DNA of 29,523 nucleotides from a virus (lineage: Duplodnaviria; Caudoviricetes), in IMG/VR virus record IMGVR_UViG_3300025653_000187, positions 1 to 29,523 of that record. One strand, written 5' to 3'. Both the position numbers and the translations under genes were made by a program. The notes under the pieces were generated by a model, which worked only from the letters and a program-made list of their open reading frames with translations, was not told the origin of the DNA and ran no database searches. Below are positions 8,534-16,054 of this stretch, one piece after another; within the stretch, counting starts at the first letter, position 1; each line of letters starts with the position of its first letter.

Positions 8534-8700
8534 TAGATAAGATGACAATAGACTTTCTTAATGCTAGGATAGAAGCATTAGAAAAAGAATTAGATAAACT
8601 AAAAGAAGAAAACGCAAAACTAAAACGTATTAATTATGAACAAATCAAAACTTACGGAACTCTACAAGAAATACAAGCTAGAGAGAGAGGACTTTTTTAA
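8530..8700 (+). CDS. Small coiled-coil protein (56 aa, not in ORF track)
   Basis: ATGA coupling. LNARIEALEKELDKLKEENAKLK heptads. Confidence 0.55.
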   Translation: MIDKMTIDFLNARIEALEKELDKLKEENAKLKRINYEQIKTYGTLQEIQARERGLF

Positions 8701-9046
8701 GCACCAGAATTTCTACACAATCATCACTAGGCAAGGTATTGATAAGATACAAGCTATTGAACAAATAGTAATATATTATGAAGTTGTAAGGTGTGAGCCT
8801 AATTACGCAGTATTTAAAGCACTTGCAGAAAAGGATGGTAAAACAATAGAAACCTTTGGTAGTGCATTAAAAGGAGAGGGTTACAAAGATGGTAATTGCA
8901 CTTCGTGGTATGTTGCTGAAATGGCAGAGAAACGTGCAATGTCAAGAGCAGTACTTAAATTAACTGGCTTCTACGAGTTAGGAGTATTTGGCGAAGATGA
9001 ATCCGAATCATTTAAAAAATCAAACACAAACATTAAAATTAAATAA
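8636..9046 (+). CDS. Putative single-strand annealing protein (Rad52/Sak/Red-beta-like)
   Basis: MAEKRAMSRAVLKL motif, adjacent to SSB. Confidence 0.6.
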   Translation: MNKSKLTELYKKYKLEREDFFKHQNFYTIITRQGIDKIQAIEQIVIYYEVVRCEPNYAVFKALAEKDGKTIETFGSALKGEGYKDGNCTSWYVAEMAEKRAMSRAVLKLTGFYELGVFGEDESESFKKSNTNIKIK

Positions 9047-9048
9047 CT

Positions 9049-9384
9049 ATGAGTTTAAAAGTAAGAGGTAGTATAACAAAGATATTACCAACACAAACTG
9101 GGCAAGGTGCAAAAGGCGAATGGAAAAAATTATCATTTGTATTAGACACTAAAGAAGAGTACAATAATTTATATTGTTTCGATATATTCGGAAACGATAA
9201 GGTAGATGAGTTCTTAAAGTACAACAAAGAGGGTAAAGATGTTGAAGTAGATTTCAATGTTAGAACTAACGAGTATCAAGGCAAGTACTATACTTCTCTT
9301 CAAGCGTGGAAAGTTTTTAAGAGTGAGCCAGTAACTGCTAAAGAACAAGCACCAGATAGAGAAAAAGAAGATTTACCGTTTTAA
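9049..9384 (+). CDS. Single-stranded DNA-binding protein, DUF3127-like
   Basis: OB-fold-like GEWKK...EYQGKYYTSLQAWK and SSB-type acidic tail EDLPF. Confidence 0.8.
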   Translation: MSLKVRGSITKILPTQTGQGAKGEWKKLSFVLDTKEEYNNLYCFDIFGNDKVDEFLKYNKEGKDVEVDFNVRTNEYQGKYYTSLQAWKVFKSEPVTAKEQAPDREKEDLPF

Positions 9385-9390
9385 TTAACT

Positions 9391-9421
9391 AGGGTGTTAT
9401 TAATTTAGCACCCTTTTTTTT
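9391..9421 (+). terminator. Intrinsic terminator
   Basis: GGGTGTTA-loop-TAGCACCC followed by a T run. Confidence 0.8.
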
Positions 9422-9494
9422 AACGCTTGTATAAGGTGCGTTTTAATGCACTTTATACGTTGTTATAAAAAAATTAATATATTTAAACAAAAAA

Positions 9495-10409
9495 ATGATA
9501 ATAGACTTTAACAAAGAACTAAGCAAACTAAACAAGGTAAGAACTGGAGAAGTAAAGGAAGCACAAAAACTAGACCACATAACACTAGATGAACACCTGC
9601 GCTTTAAAAAAAATAGTTTTGACATTTTTATTGGGCACTCTAATGTCGGAAAAACTACAACAGTACTTTACTTAATGCTTTTGCAGACTTTAAAACACAA
9701 TACAAAGTGGTTAGTTTACTCAAGCGAGAACGAGCCACACGGATTAATAAGAAAGTTAATAGAATTTAAACTAGGTATGCCGATAAACCAGATAGATGAA
9801 TTTACTATGCGTGAACAAGGTGCTTACATAAACAACTATTTTAAATTTATTTATAGTAATGACCTTTACACTTATAGAGAATTATTAACTTTAGCCAAGC
9901 ACGTTAAAGATGCCTGGAAGTATGAGGGTTTTATGATAGATCCCTACAACTCATTAAAGATGGATAGAAACGTACTAAAAGGTATTAGTTCACACGAGTA
10001 CCATTATCAAGCTGCGAGTGAGTTAAGAATATTCTGCAAAGAAAACGAAGTAAGTATATGGTTGAATATGCATTGTGTAACTGAAGCATTAAGGCGTAGG
10101 CATAAAGATAGCCACCAATTTGCTGGGCATCCACAACCACCAATGATGAGCGATGTAGAGGGTGGTGGTAAGTTCGGAAACCGTGCTGATAATTTCTATT
10201 GCATACATAGATACACCCAGCACGAGAGCGATTGGATGTATAGTATGTTGCATACACGAAAAATAAAAGACACCGATACTGGCGCAAGACCTACAAACTT
10301 AGACAACCCTATTAGACTAAAGAGCGTTTTAAACAACGTAGGGTTTGAAATAGATGGCATCAACTTAATAAAACCAAGTAAAGTAACACAACAAGAAGTA
10401 CCGTTTTGA
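9495..10409 (+). CDS. SF4 (DnaB/T7 gp4/Twinkle-like) helicase, helicase domain only
   Basis: Walker A GHSNVGKT, YSSEN, Walker B MIDPYN, downstream H and RAD motifs. Confidence 0.8.
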   Translation: MIIDFNKELSKLNKVRTGEVKEAQKLDHITLDEHLRFKKNSFDIFIGHSNVGKTTTVLYLMLLQTLKHNTKWLVYSSENEPHGLIRKLIEFKLGMPINQIDEFTMREQGAYINNYFKFIYSNDLYTYRELLTLAKHVKDAWKYEGFMIDPYNSLKMDRNVLKGISSHEYHYQAASELRIFCKENEVSIWLNMHCVTEALRRRHKDSHQFAGHPQPPMMSDVEGGGKFGNRADNFYCIHRYTQHESDWMYSMLHTRKIKDTDTGARPTNLDNPIRLKSVLNNVGFEIDGINLIKPSKVTQQEVPF

Positions 10410-10906
10410 CTAAATACGAATTCCTAAACTTAGCCTACAAAAAACATAAACAATGGATATCTATTGTAAATTCGTTTGGATGCAATCCAGCCTTTTCAGA
10501 AGATATAGTACAAGAGGTTTATATAAAACTAGACCGTTTACTAGATAATGGCTTAGATGCCACCTATGGCAACGAGGTTAATTACTTTTATATTTATAAA
10601 CAATTAAGAGGAACGTACTTAAACTTTATAAAAAAGAAGAATAAAATAAATATGCAGTACATAGAGGAGATAGGAACGCCAGAAAAAGAGTTAGAAGAAT
10701 CGCAAGAAGAAAAATACGATATATTGCAACTTATGAAAAACCTAGATAAAGAGTTAGAAAAGTTGTACTGGTACGATAGAAAAGTATTTGAAATAATTAT
10801 GGGAGGTAAAAAAATTACAGAGCTCTCAAGAGAATCAAATATTAGTTATGCTTCATTGTATAACACATTTAGAAAAACAATTAAACACTTAAAAAACAAA
10901 TTATGA
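10406..10906 (+). CDS. ECF-like sigma-70 family factor
   Basis: TTG start. SEDIVQEVYIKL (region 2) and C-terminal HTH KITELSRESNISYASLYNT (region 4), 166 aa. Confidence 0.8.
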   Translation: MTKYEFLNLAYKKHKQWISIVNSFGCNPAFSEDIVQEVYIKLDRLLDNGLDATYGNEVNYFYIYKQLRGTYLNFIKKKNKINMQYIEEIGTPEKELEESQEEKYDILQLMKNLDKELEKLYWYDRKVFEIIMGGKKITELSRESNISYASLYNTFRKTIKHLKNKL

Positions 10907-11031
10907 AACTAAACGCATTTGAAAACGAAATTTTTCACTATTACAGAGAACAACAAGCAAAGATTAAAAAAGCAATTAAACTACTAAAAGAAAATGATTA
11001 CGAGGTTATAAAAATAAAGACTAAGAAATGA
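10903..11031 (+). CDS. Hypothetical protein (42 aa)
   Basis: ATGA-coupled at both ends. MKLNAFENEIFHYYR... Confidence 0.6.
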   Translation: MKLNAFENEIFHYYREQQAKIKKAIKLLKENDYEVIKIKTKK

Positions 11032-11168
11032 AGTTAGGAGATTTAATATACTACATAACTTATTATACTGGCATACATTGGCTGGTTAAGAAAGTAAGCA
11101 AACTACTAGGTAAAGATTGTGGTTGCGATAAGAGAAGAAAAGATATGAATAAAATAGACCTTTGGTAA
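11028..11168 (+). CDS. Small CxC-motif protein (46 aa)
   Basis: MKLGDLIYYITYYTGIHW...DCGCDKRRKDMN. Coupled start and stop. Confidence 0.65.
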   Translation: MKLGDLIYYITYYTGIHWLVKKVSKLLGKDCGCDKRRKDMNKIDLW

Positions 11169-11377
11169 TGGAAGAACAAGATTTAAAAGACTGGCAAGAG
11201 TTTAAAGAGAACGCATATCCTTTTACTAAGATAGCTAACAAACCAAAGTTAATTAAAAAGTACGTTAAACTAATAAATGTTCTACACGCTAAATACTACA
11301 AACACAAATACAATGAGCCTTGCACTTGTAATGGTTCGATATATCGTAAAAGAGTAGCAGAACTAGATAAGATATGA
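11168..11377 (+). CDS. Small CxC-motif protein
   Basis: TAATG coupling. EPCTCNG near the C-terminus. Confidence 0.6.
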   Translation: MEEQDLKDWQEFKENAYPFTKIANKPKLIKKYVKLINVLHAKYYKHKYNEPCTCNGSIYRKRVAELDKI

Positions 11378-11541
11378 AACAAAAAAAGTACACCCTAAAT
11401 CACAGAATAAGCAAACTAGAACGAAGATTATCCCAACAAGAAAAAGTTATAGAGCAACTAGCCATACAAATTTATTACCTACTTAACAATGATAAAGAAG
11501 ATACACAAATGGGAGAAAGCAGTGATAACACTACTGAATAA
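11374..11541 (+). CDS. Hypothetical coiled-coil protein (55 aa)
   Basis: ATGA-coupled ORF MKQKKYTLNHRISKLERRL... Confidence 0.5.
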   Translation: MKQKKYTLNHRISKLERRLSQQEKVIEQLAIQIYYLLNNDKEDTQMGESSDNTTE

Positions 11542-11890
11542 TGATGGGTGGGAACTAACACATACTGGAGAGAACTGCGAAAGCTGGGATGCAGAGGGTA
11601 TAACACCTAAAGGACACGAATGTGTATTAGAAATAAAGTTTCGCAAAACGTATTATGAAACCAAGATGCTAGAAAAGTATAAGTACGATAAACTTATAGA
11701 AACTGGCAAGGTAGCATTATACTTCGTGAACGATCCTAAAGGCAACTATCTATTCTGGTTGAACGAAATAACCGATTTAAAGATAAAAGAAATGTATTGC
11801 CCAGATACTACCCTATGGACTAAGAAGCGTTTAAAGAAACCTTGCTACCTTTTAAAAGAAGAAGATGCTAGGATTATAAACGACAATTAA
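11489..11890 (+). CDS. PD-(D/E)XK family nuclease
   Basis: WE...WDAEG...VLEIKFR catalytic pattern. Confidence 0.65.
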   Translation: MIKKIHKWEKAVITLLNNDGWELTHTGENCESWDAEGITPKGHECVLEIKFRKTYYETKMLEKYKYDKLIETGKVALYFVNDPKGNYLFWLNEITDLKIKEMYCPDTTLWTKKRLKKPCYLLKEEDARIINDN

Positions 11891-11897
11891 AATATTT

Positions 11898-11937
11898 TGT
11901 TTATTATTTGTTTATTAAATATATTTTATTATATTTG
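11898..11937 (+). promoter_or_regulatory. Early (host sigma) promoter P2
   Basis: TTTG 11907-11910, 19 nt, TATATTTG 11930-11937. Confidence 0.8.
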
Positions 11938-11978
11938 GTTATTGTTAGCAATGAAGCTAATAATTTAAAACAAAGATT

Positions 11979-12131
11979 ATGCAAACACTAAAACAATTAC
12001 AAGATTACGCAAGTGCAACCGATAATGTATGGTTGTCTAAAAAGCTACAAGACCTAGAACGTGAAATGGATATAGTTATTCATAATGCACGAATGAAAGT
12101 ATATGATGACTTAATAGGTATGGTAGAATGA
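11979..12131 (+). CDS. Hypothetical early protein (50 aa, not in ORF track)
   Basis: First ORF after P2. MQTLKQLQDYASATDNVWLSKKL... Confidence 0.65.
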   Translation: MQTLKQLQDYASATDNVWLSKKLQDLEREMDIVIHNARMKVYDDLIGMVE

Positions 12132-12259
12132 GTTATTACGAGCAAATAGATTCGATAGGCGAAAGCGATATAAACGAAGAGTGTAAGTGTTGTGGTGTAC
12201 CAGATGCATCACATTACGGATATTGTAGTAGAACTTGTTATAATTACGATAATGAATAA
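12128..12259 (+). CDS. Small zinc-finger-like protein (43 aa)
   Basis: ECKCCG...YCSRTC (CxxC...CSxxC). ATGA coupling. Confidence 0.6.
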   Translation: MSYYEQIDSIGESDINEECKCCGVPDASHYGYCSRTCYNYDNE

Positions 12260-12386
12260 ACAACATAAGATTTTAGCAACTGGATTACACGCTATAACTA
12301 TAAACGGTAGGGTGTATATCTTCACAGAAAAAGAATACCAGCACCTAACGTGGTGGGAATTAGTTAAACTTAAATACTTCGTTTAA
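12252..12386 (+). CDS. Hypothetical protein (44 aa)
   Basis: Start ATG 12252 (MNKQHKIL...) preferred over GTG 12192. Confidence 0.55.
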   Translation: MNKQHKILATGLHAITINGRVYIFTEKEYQHLTWWELVKLKYFV

Positions 12387-12389
12387 CTT

Positions 12390-12692
12390 ATGAACGTATT
12401 ACAACGACAATCCTACCAATTATATTTTGATTGGTTAGGAGAAAAGATATTAGAATGGTACGATAACAAACCCGCTAATAACGATTTAAAGAACTGCGTT
12501 AAAGCTATGAAGCATATAGGCACTCACAACAATCATTTACAGATAGAATGTGATATCAATAAAAAGCTACTAAGCAAAATGCGAATAGAAAAGAATAGAG
12601 CCATACAACGTGCCAGAAAATCAGATGCACAAGTAGAAAAATTAGAATTACAAATAGAACAACTAAAACTAAAAATAAAATTAGGGTTATGA
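12390..12692 (+). CDS. Hypothetical protein with C-terminal coiled coil
   Basis: 100 aa ORF in the operon. Confidence 0.65.
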   Translation: MNVLQRQSYQLYFDWLGEKILEWYDNKPANNDLKNCVKAMKHIGTHNNHLQIECDINKKLLSKMRIEKNRAIQRARKSDAQVEKLELQIEQLKLKIKLGL

Positions 12693-12958
12693 ATATATTA
12701 AAAGAAGCTCAAAAAATTATATTTGATCGAGCAGAAGAAAAAGAAAGACAGTATGGCAATATTGATGATTCAATAGCTAAGGCTGCTTGTGTTGCATCTG
12801 AATTATGTAACAAAGAAATAACTACAGAAGATTTTTATAAATGTATGATAGCTTTAAAAGTATCAAGGATGGCATACAATACAAAAAAAGATACAATGCT
12901 AGATTGTGTAGGATATATAGCCGCATTAGATAACTTTAAAAATAACGGTTATGAGTAG
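12689..12958 (+). CDS. DUF6378-like all-alpha protein, nucleotide-metabolism associated
   Basis: ILKEA..II..R...RQYG...MIALKVSR...DTMLDCVGY pattern. Confidence 0.65.
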   Translation: MNILKEAQKIIFDRAEEKERQYGNIDDSIAKAACVASELCNKEITTEDFYKCMIALKVSRMAYNTKKDTMLDCVGYIAALDNFKNNGYE

Positions 12959-13709
12959 TATATTTGAGAAGCAGTATAAAACTTTATTAAATGAAACGTT
13001 AAAGCAGGGGGAACTTTGCGAAAATCGTACGGGAATTAAGACATATAAACAATTTAATAAATGTTTAAATATAGATTTAAAAGAAGGTTTTCCTGTATTA
13101 ACCGGTAAAAAGTTATTTTTTAAAAAAGCATTAGCAGAGTTTAAGTGGATATATGAAGGGCGTACAGACCTTGAGTTTTTACATAAACACAATATATTTT
13201 GGTGGGATGATTTTGCTACAAATAATAGTTTAGGTAAAGTGTACGGGTATCAAATAAAGCATTTTAACGGCTTATTTGATCAAATAGATTATGTTATAAA
13301 TGAAATTAAAAATAACTCGCGTAGAGCTTTAATAACACTTTGGAATCCTACAGACTTAAAAGATCAAGCGCTCCCCTGCTGCTATACTCAATTTAATTTT
13401 GTGCGGGTTAATGATAAGTTAAATATGACAATGCATTTTAGGAGTTCTGATTTATTTTTGGGGTTACCATACGATATAATAGTGGGTGCTTTATTTTTAA
13501 AAACTATAGCTGATAAGTGTAATTTAATTCCTTCAATTTTAGGTTTAAATTTAGCTGACGCACATATTTATGAATCGCACACGTCTCAAGTTATTGAATA
13601 CAATAAAGCAAATATTTATAAACTTCCAACTTTACAAGGTAAATACAAAAACTATTCTTTAATAGATTATAATCACAATAAGTTTATAAAAGCAGAATTA
13701 ATAAAATAA
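12951..13709 (+). CDS. Thymidylate synthase superfamily enzyme, predicted dCMP-preferring variant
   Basis: NRTG, GFPVLT, AEFKW, YGYQ, SRR, catalytic C144, RSSD and DAHIY are present. GLPFNI is replaced by GLPYDI (D175) and PCH by CCY. Confidence 0.9.
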   Translation: MSSIFEKQYKTLLNETLKQGELCENRTGIKTYKQFNKCLNIDLKEGFPVLTGKKLFFKKALAEFKWIYEGRTDLEFLHKHNIFWWDDFATNNSLGKVYGYQIKHFNGLFDQIDYVINEIKNNSRRALITLWNPTDLKDQALPCCYTQFNFVRVNDKLNMTMHFRSSDLFLGLPYDIIVGALFLKTIADKCNLIPSILGLNLADAHIYESHTSQVIEYNKANIYKLPTLQGKYKNYSLIDYNHNKFIKAELIK

Positions 13710-13710
13710 T

Positions 13711-14469
13711 ATGTATTATACTTACCACATAAAGGGAAAAAAAGTAGGTTGCACAAATAACCCGTTTAAAAGAATAACACAACAGCAAGGGTATTATGAT
13801 TATGAGATACTAGATAAAACAAATTGTATTGACAAGGCGTCTGTCCTAGAATTAGAGTGGCAAAATAAGCTAGGTTATAAAAAAGATATAAGAACATACA
13901 AAGAAACTATTAATAATTTAAAAACAAAAAAAATGATACACGTTACGGATCACACTATTACATTTAAAAAAACATTTAACAAAGAACTAGATAATTTTAT
14001 ACTACCTGTAGTAATAGAATTAAACGATGGTTTTATAATACCTGTAGATGATGAAATAAAAAAATTTATTTTAAAAAATAATTATAAATCTCAAAATAAT
14101 GACGAAAGATATATTTATACAAATAGTCTAAAAAATTATTATGAAGTTTTAGAGGATTCTAAAAAAATTAATGATCAATATATAATTTTTAATAAAATTA
14201 GAAATTGGGCCAAAGAACGAGGTTTATACAAAAAAGGAGATTCTAATACTCAATATATTAAATTAATGGAAGAGGCTGGTGAATTAGCTCAAGCATTATT
14301 AAAAAGAGATGATGCTGAAATATATGATGCTATTGGTGATATGGTTGTAGTATTAACTAACTTAGCTTATATGGAAGGAGTTACTATAGAAAATTGTATT
14401 AATGATGCTTATAATGAAATATCAGATCGTAAAGGTAAAATGATTAACGGAACATTTGTAAAAAATTAA
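13711..14469 (+). CDS. Fusion of N-terminal GIY-YIG-like domain and C-terminal MazG-like NTP pyrophosphohydrolase
   Basis: YYTYH...KVGCT..P.KR...E at the N-terminus. IRNWAKERG...KLMEEAGELAQA...EIYDAIGDMVVVL...AYNEI.DRKG at the C-terminus. Confidence 0.75.
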   Translation: MYYTYHIKGKKVGCTNNPFKRITQQQGYYDYEILDKTNCIDKASVLELEWQNKLGYKKDIRTYKETINNLKTKKMIHVTDHTITFKKTFNKELDNFILPVVIELNDGFIIPVDDEIKKFILKNNYKSQNNDERYIYTNSLKNYYEVLEDSKKINDQYIIFNKIRNWAKERGLYKKGDSNTQYIKLMEEAGELAQALLKRDDAEIYDAIGDMVVVLTNLAYMEGVTIENCINDAYNEISDRKGKMINGTFVKN

Positions 14470-14473
14470 GATT

Positions 14474-14584
14474 ATGAAAAGTAAAGAATATAGTATGAGA
14501 GTAGTAGTTTATACAGTACTAATATTAGCTTGTATAGTTATAGGCTTAAACATATTTAATTTATTAATGCTATGGAATATATAG
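14474..14584 (+). CDS. Small single-pass membrane protein (36 aa)
   Basis: MKSKEYSMRVVVYTVLILACIVIGLNIFNLLMLWNI. Confidence 0.5.
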   Translation: MKSKEYSMRVVVYTVLILACIVIGLNIFNLLMLWNI

Positions 14585-14626
14585 TATTAGCAATAGCATT
14601 TTATTTAATTTATAAAACATTCAAAG

Positions 14627-15409
14627 ATGATTAAATTACTAGATGGTAATATCTACGATAAAGAGGAACTACTAAAAAAGATGGGTGATGATAACTTCTA
14701 CTACGGAGAACTAAACCAATTAGCTTTAAGTAGTAGTAGCCTTAAACAACTTCTATCAAGTCCTAAAACATATTACTACTCATTAAAGTATGGTAGTCCA
14801 GATTCACAACCTTTACGAGATGGCTGGTTATTCCATACTGCAATACTTGAGCCAGATGTATTTACTGCTCAAAGGTTTATAGATGTTCAATCAAAGAACA
14901 CTAAGAAGTTTAAGGAAGCTAAAGAAGAGTTTGGTAGGGTATTTACAATGAAAGAAAAGAACGATGCAGAACGTTTAGCAGATGCATTCTTGAGGAACGA
15001 ACACGCATTACAATTAATAACAGATTGCGAGTTTGAAGTACCAGCAATAGGCGAGATAGAATATTTAGATAACAAATATCCATTTAGAGGTAAGGCAGAT
15101 GTAATTGCTCACGATAGGATAGTAGATTTAAAAACCACAAGTGGTGGTATAGATAACTTTTATCATAGTTCTCAACGATATGGTTACGATGTGCAATGTT
15201 ATTTGTATTGTAGGTTGTTTAATAAAACCTATGACCAATTTAAGTTTATAGCATTAGATAAGGGAAGTTTAGATATTGGTATATTTGAATGCTCTGAAGA
15301 GTTTTATTACAAAGGAGAAGAAAAGGTAGAAAAGGCATTAGACTTATACGAAAAGTTCTTCGTGTTCGGCGCAGACCTTGATAATTATTGTTTAACTGGA
15401 ATATTATAA
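14627..15409 (+). CDS. RecE/exonuclease VIII-like PD-(D/E)XK nuclease (DUF3799-like)
   Basis: LSSSSLK, G..FHTAILEP, FRGKAD...IVDLKTT, YGYDVQ..LY. Confidence 0.85.
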   Translation: MIKLLDGNIYDKEELLKKMGDDNFYYGELNQLALSSSSLKQLLSSPKTYYYSLKYGSPDSQPLRDGWLFHTAILEPDVFTAQRFIDVQSKNTKKFKEAKEEFGRVFTMKEKNDAERLADAFLRNEHALQLITDCEFEVPAIGEIEYLDNKYPFRGKADVIAHDRIVDLKTTSGGIDNFYHSSQRYGYDVQCYLYCRLFNKTYDQFKFIALDKGSLDIGIFECSEEFYYKGEEKVEKALDLYEKFFVFGADLDNYCLTGIL

Positions 15410-15410
15410 T

Positions 15411-15917
15411 ATGGAACTAAGAAAATTAGTAGAAGTAGTAAGCGATAAGTATAGAACAAAACTAATAACTAAAAGTAGAAAAAGGCATATAGTATATCCT
15501 AAAAAAGTATTATGTTACCTAGCCAGAGAGTTAGGGTACGGTTTACAAGAAATAGGAGATAGCCTACAACTGCAACACGATAACGTACATTACCACATAC
15601 ATTCAATAGATAGAATCTACAATCACGATGCGATAAAGTGTAACGAAATAATAGACGAATACGATTTATCAGCTAGAAAGCTAGAGGTAATAGAAATAAA
15701 AGAAAAGGTACTGATGGTAGATAAGGAAACTAAAACTGCACTAGAAGCAATACTAGGCGATTTAAAAGACTTAAACACCGAACTAATAAAAGAACTAATA
15801 GAAACAAAAATAAAACCGTTCTTGTTGCTTGTAAAGAGTAGAAAGAAACAAAACCAAATAGAAGAAACATCAGCACCTAAATTAAGAAACCCAGTTAAAA
15901 ACCCTTTCTTGTCGTGA
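15411..15917 (+). CDS. DNA-binding protein with DnaA C-terminal (domain IV)-like HTH
   Basis: KSRKRHIVYPKKVLCYLARE..YGLQEIG....QHDNVHY aligns with the DnaA_C pattern R...V..R...MYL.R...SL..IG....DH.TV. No AAA+ domain. Confidence 0.7.
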   Translation: MELRKLVEVVSDKYRTKLITKSRKRHIVYPKKVLCYLARELGYGLQEIGDSLQLQHDNVHYHIHSIDRIYNHDAIKCNEIIDEYDLSARKLEVIEIKEKVLMVDKETKTALEAILGDLKDLNTELIKELIETKIKPFLLLVKSRKKQNQIEETSAPKLRNPVKNPFLS

Positions 15918-16003
15918 AATTTAAAAGAGATATACCAAAAGCAGATATAGTAATAATACTAGTAGTAGCAGTATTTATATTGTATGTTCTATTTAAAAAA
16001 TAA
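15914..16003 (+). CDS. Small membrane peptide (29 aa)
   Basis: GTGA coupling. IVIILVVAVFILYVLFKK. Confidence 0.45.
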   Translation: MKFKRDIPKADIVIILVVAVFILYVLFKK

Positions 16004-16024
16004 AAAACCATTGATATATTAATA
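15994..16024 (+). promoter_or_regulatory. Late promoter motif copy 1 (before small terminase)
   Basis: TAAA-N12-ATTGATATA (16010-16018). Confidence 0.65.
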
Positions 16025-16054
16025 GCGTACAGATACGAACACAAAAAATACACA

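Noticed and set aside
9985-10287. 100 aa minus-strand ORF inside the helicase gene
   Set aside because: Fully antisense to conserved helicase motifs, with no supporting promoter or initiation context.
12951-13709. Calling this gene plain thyA
   Set aside because: The dUMP-specifying Asn and the His after the catalytic Cys are substituted, so the symbol is withheld.
15411-15917. Calling this gene dnaA
   Set aside because: Only a domain IV-like HTH is present, with no AAA+ domain.
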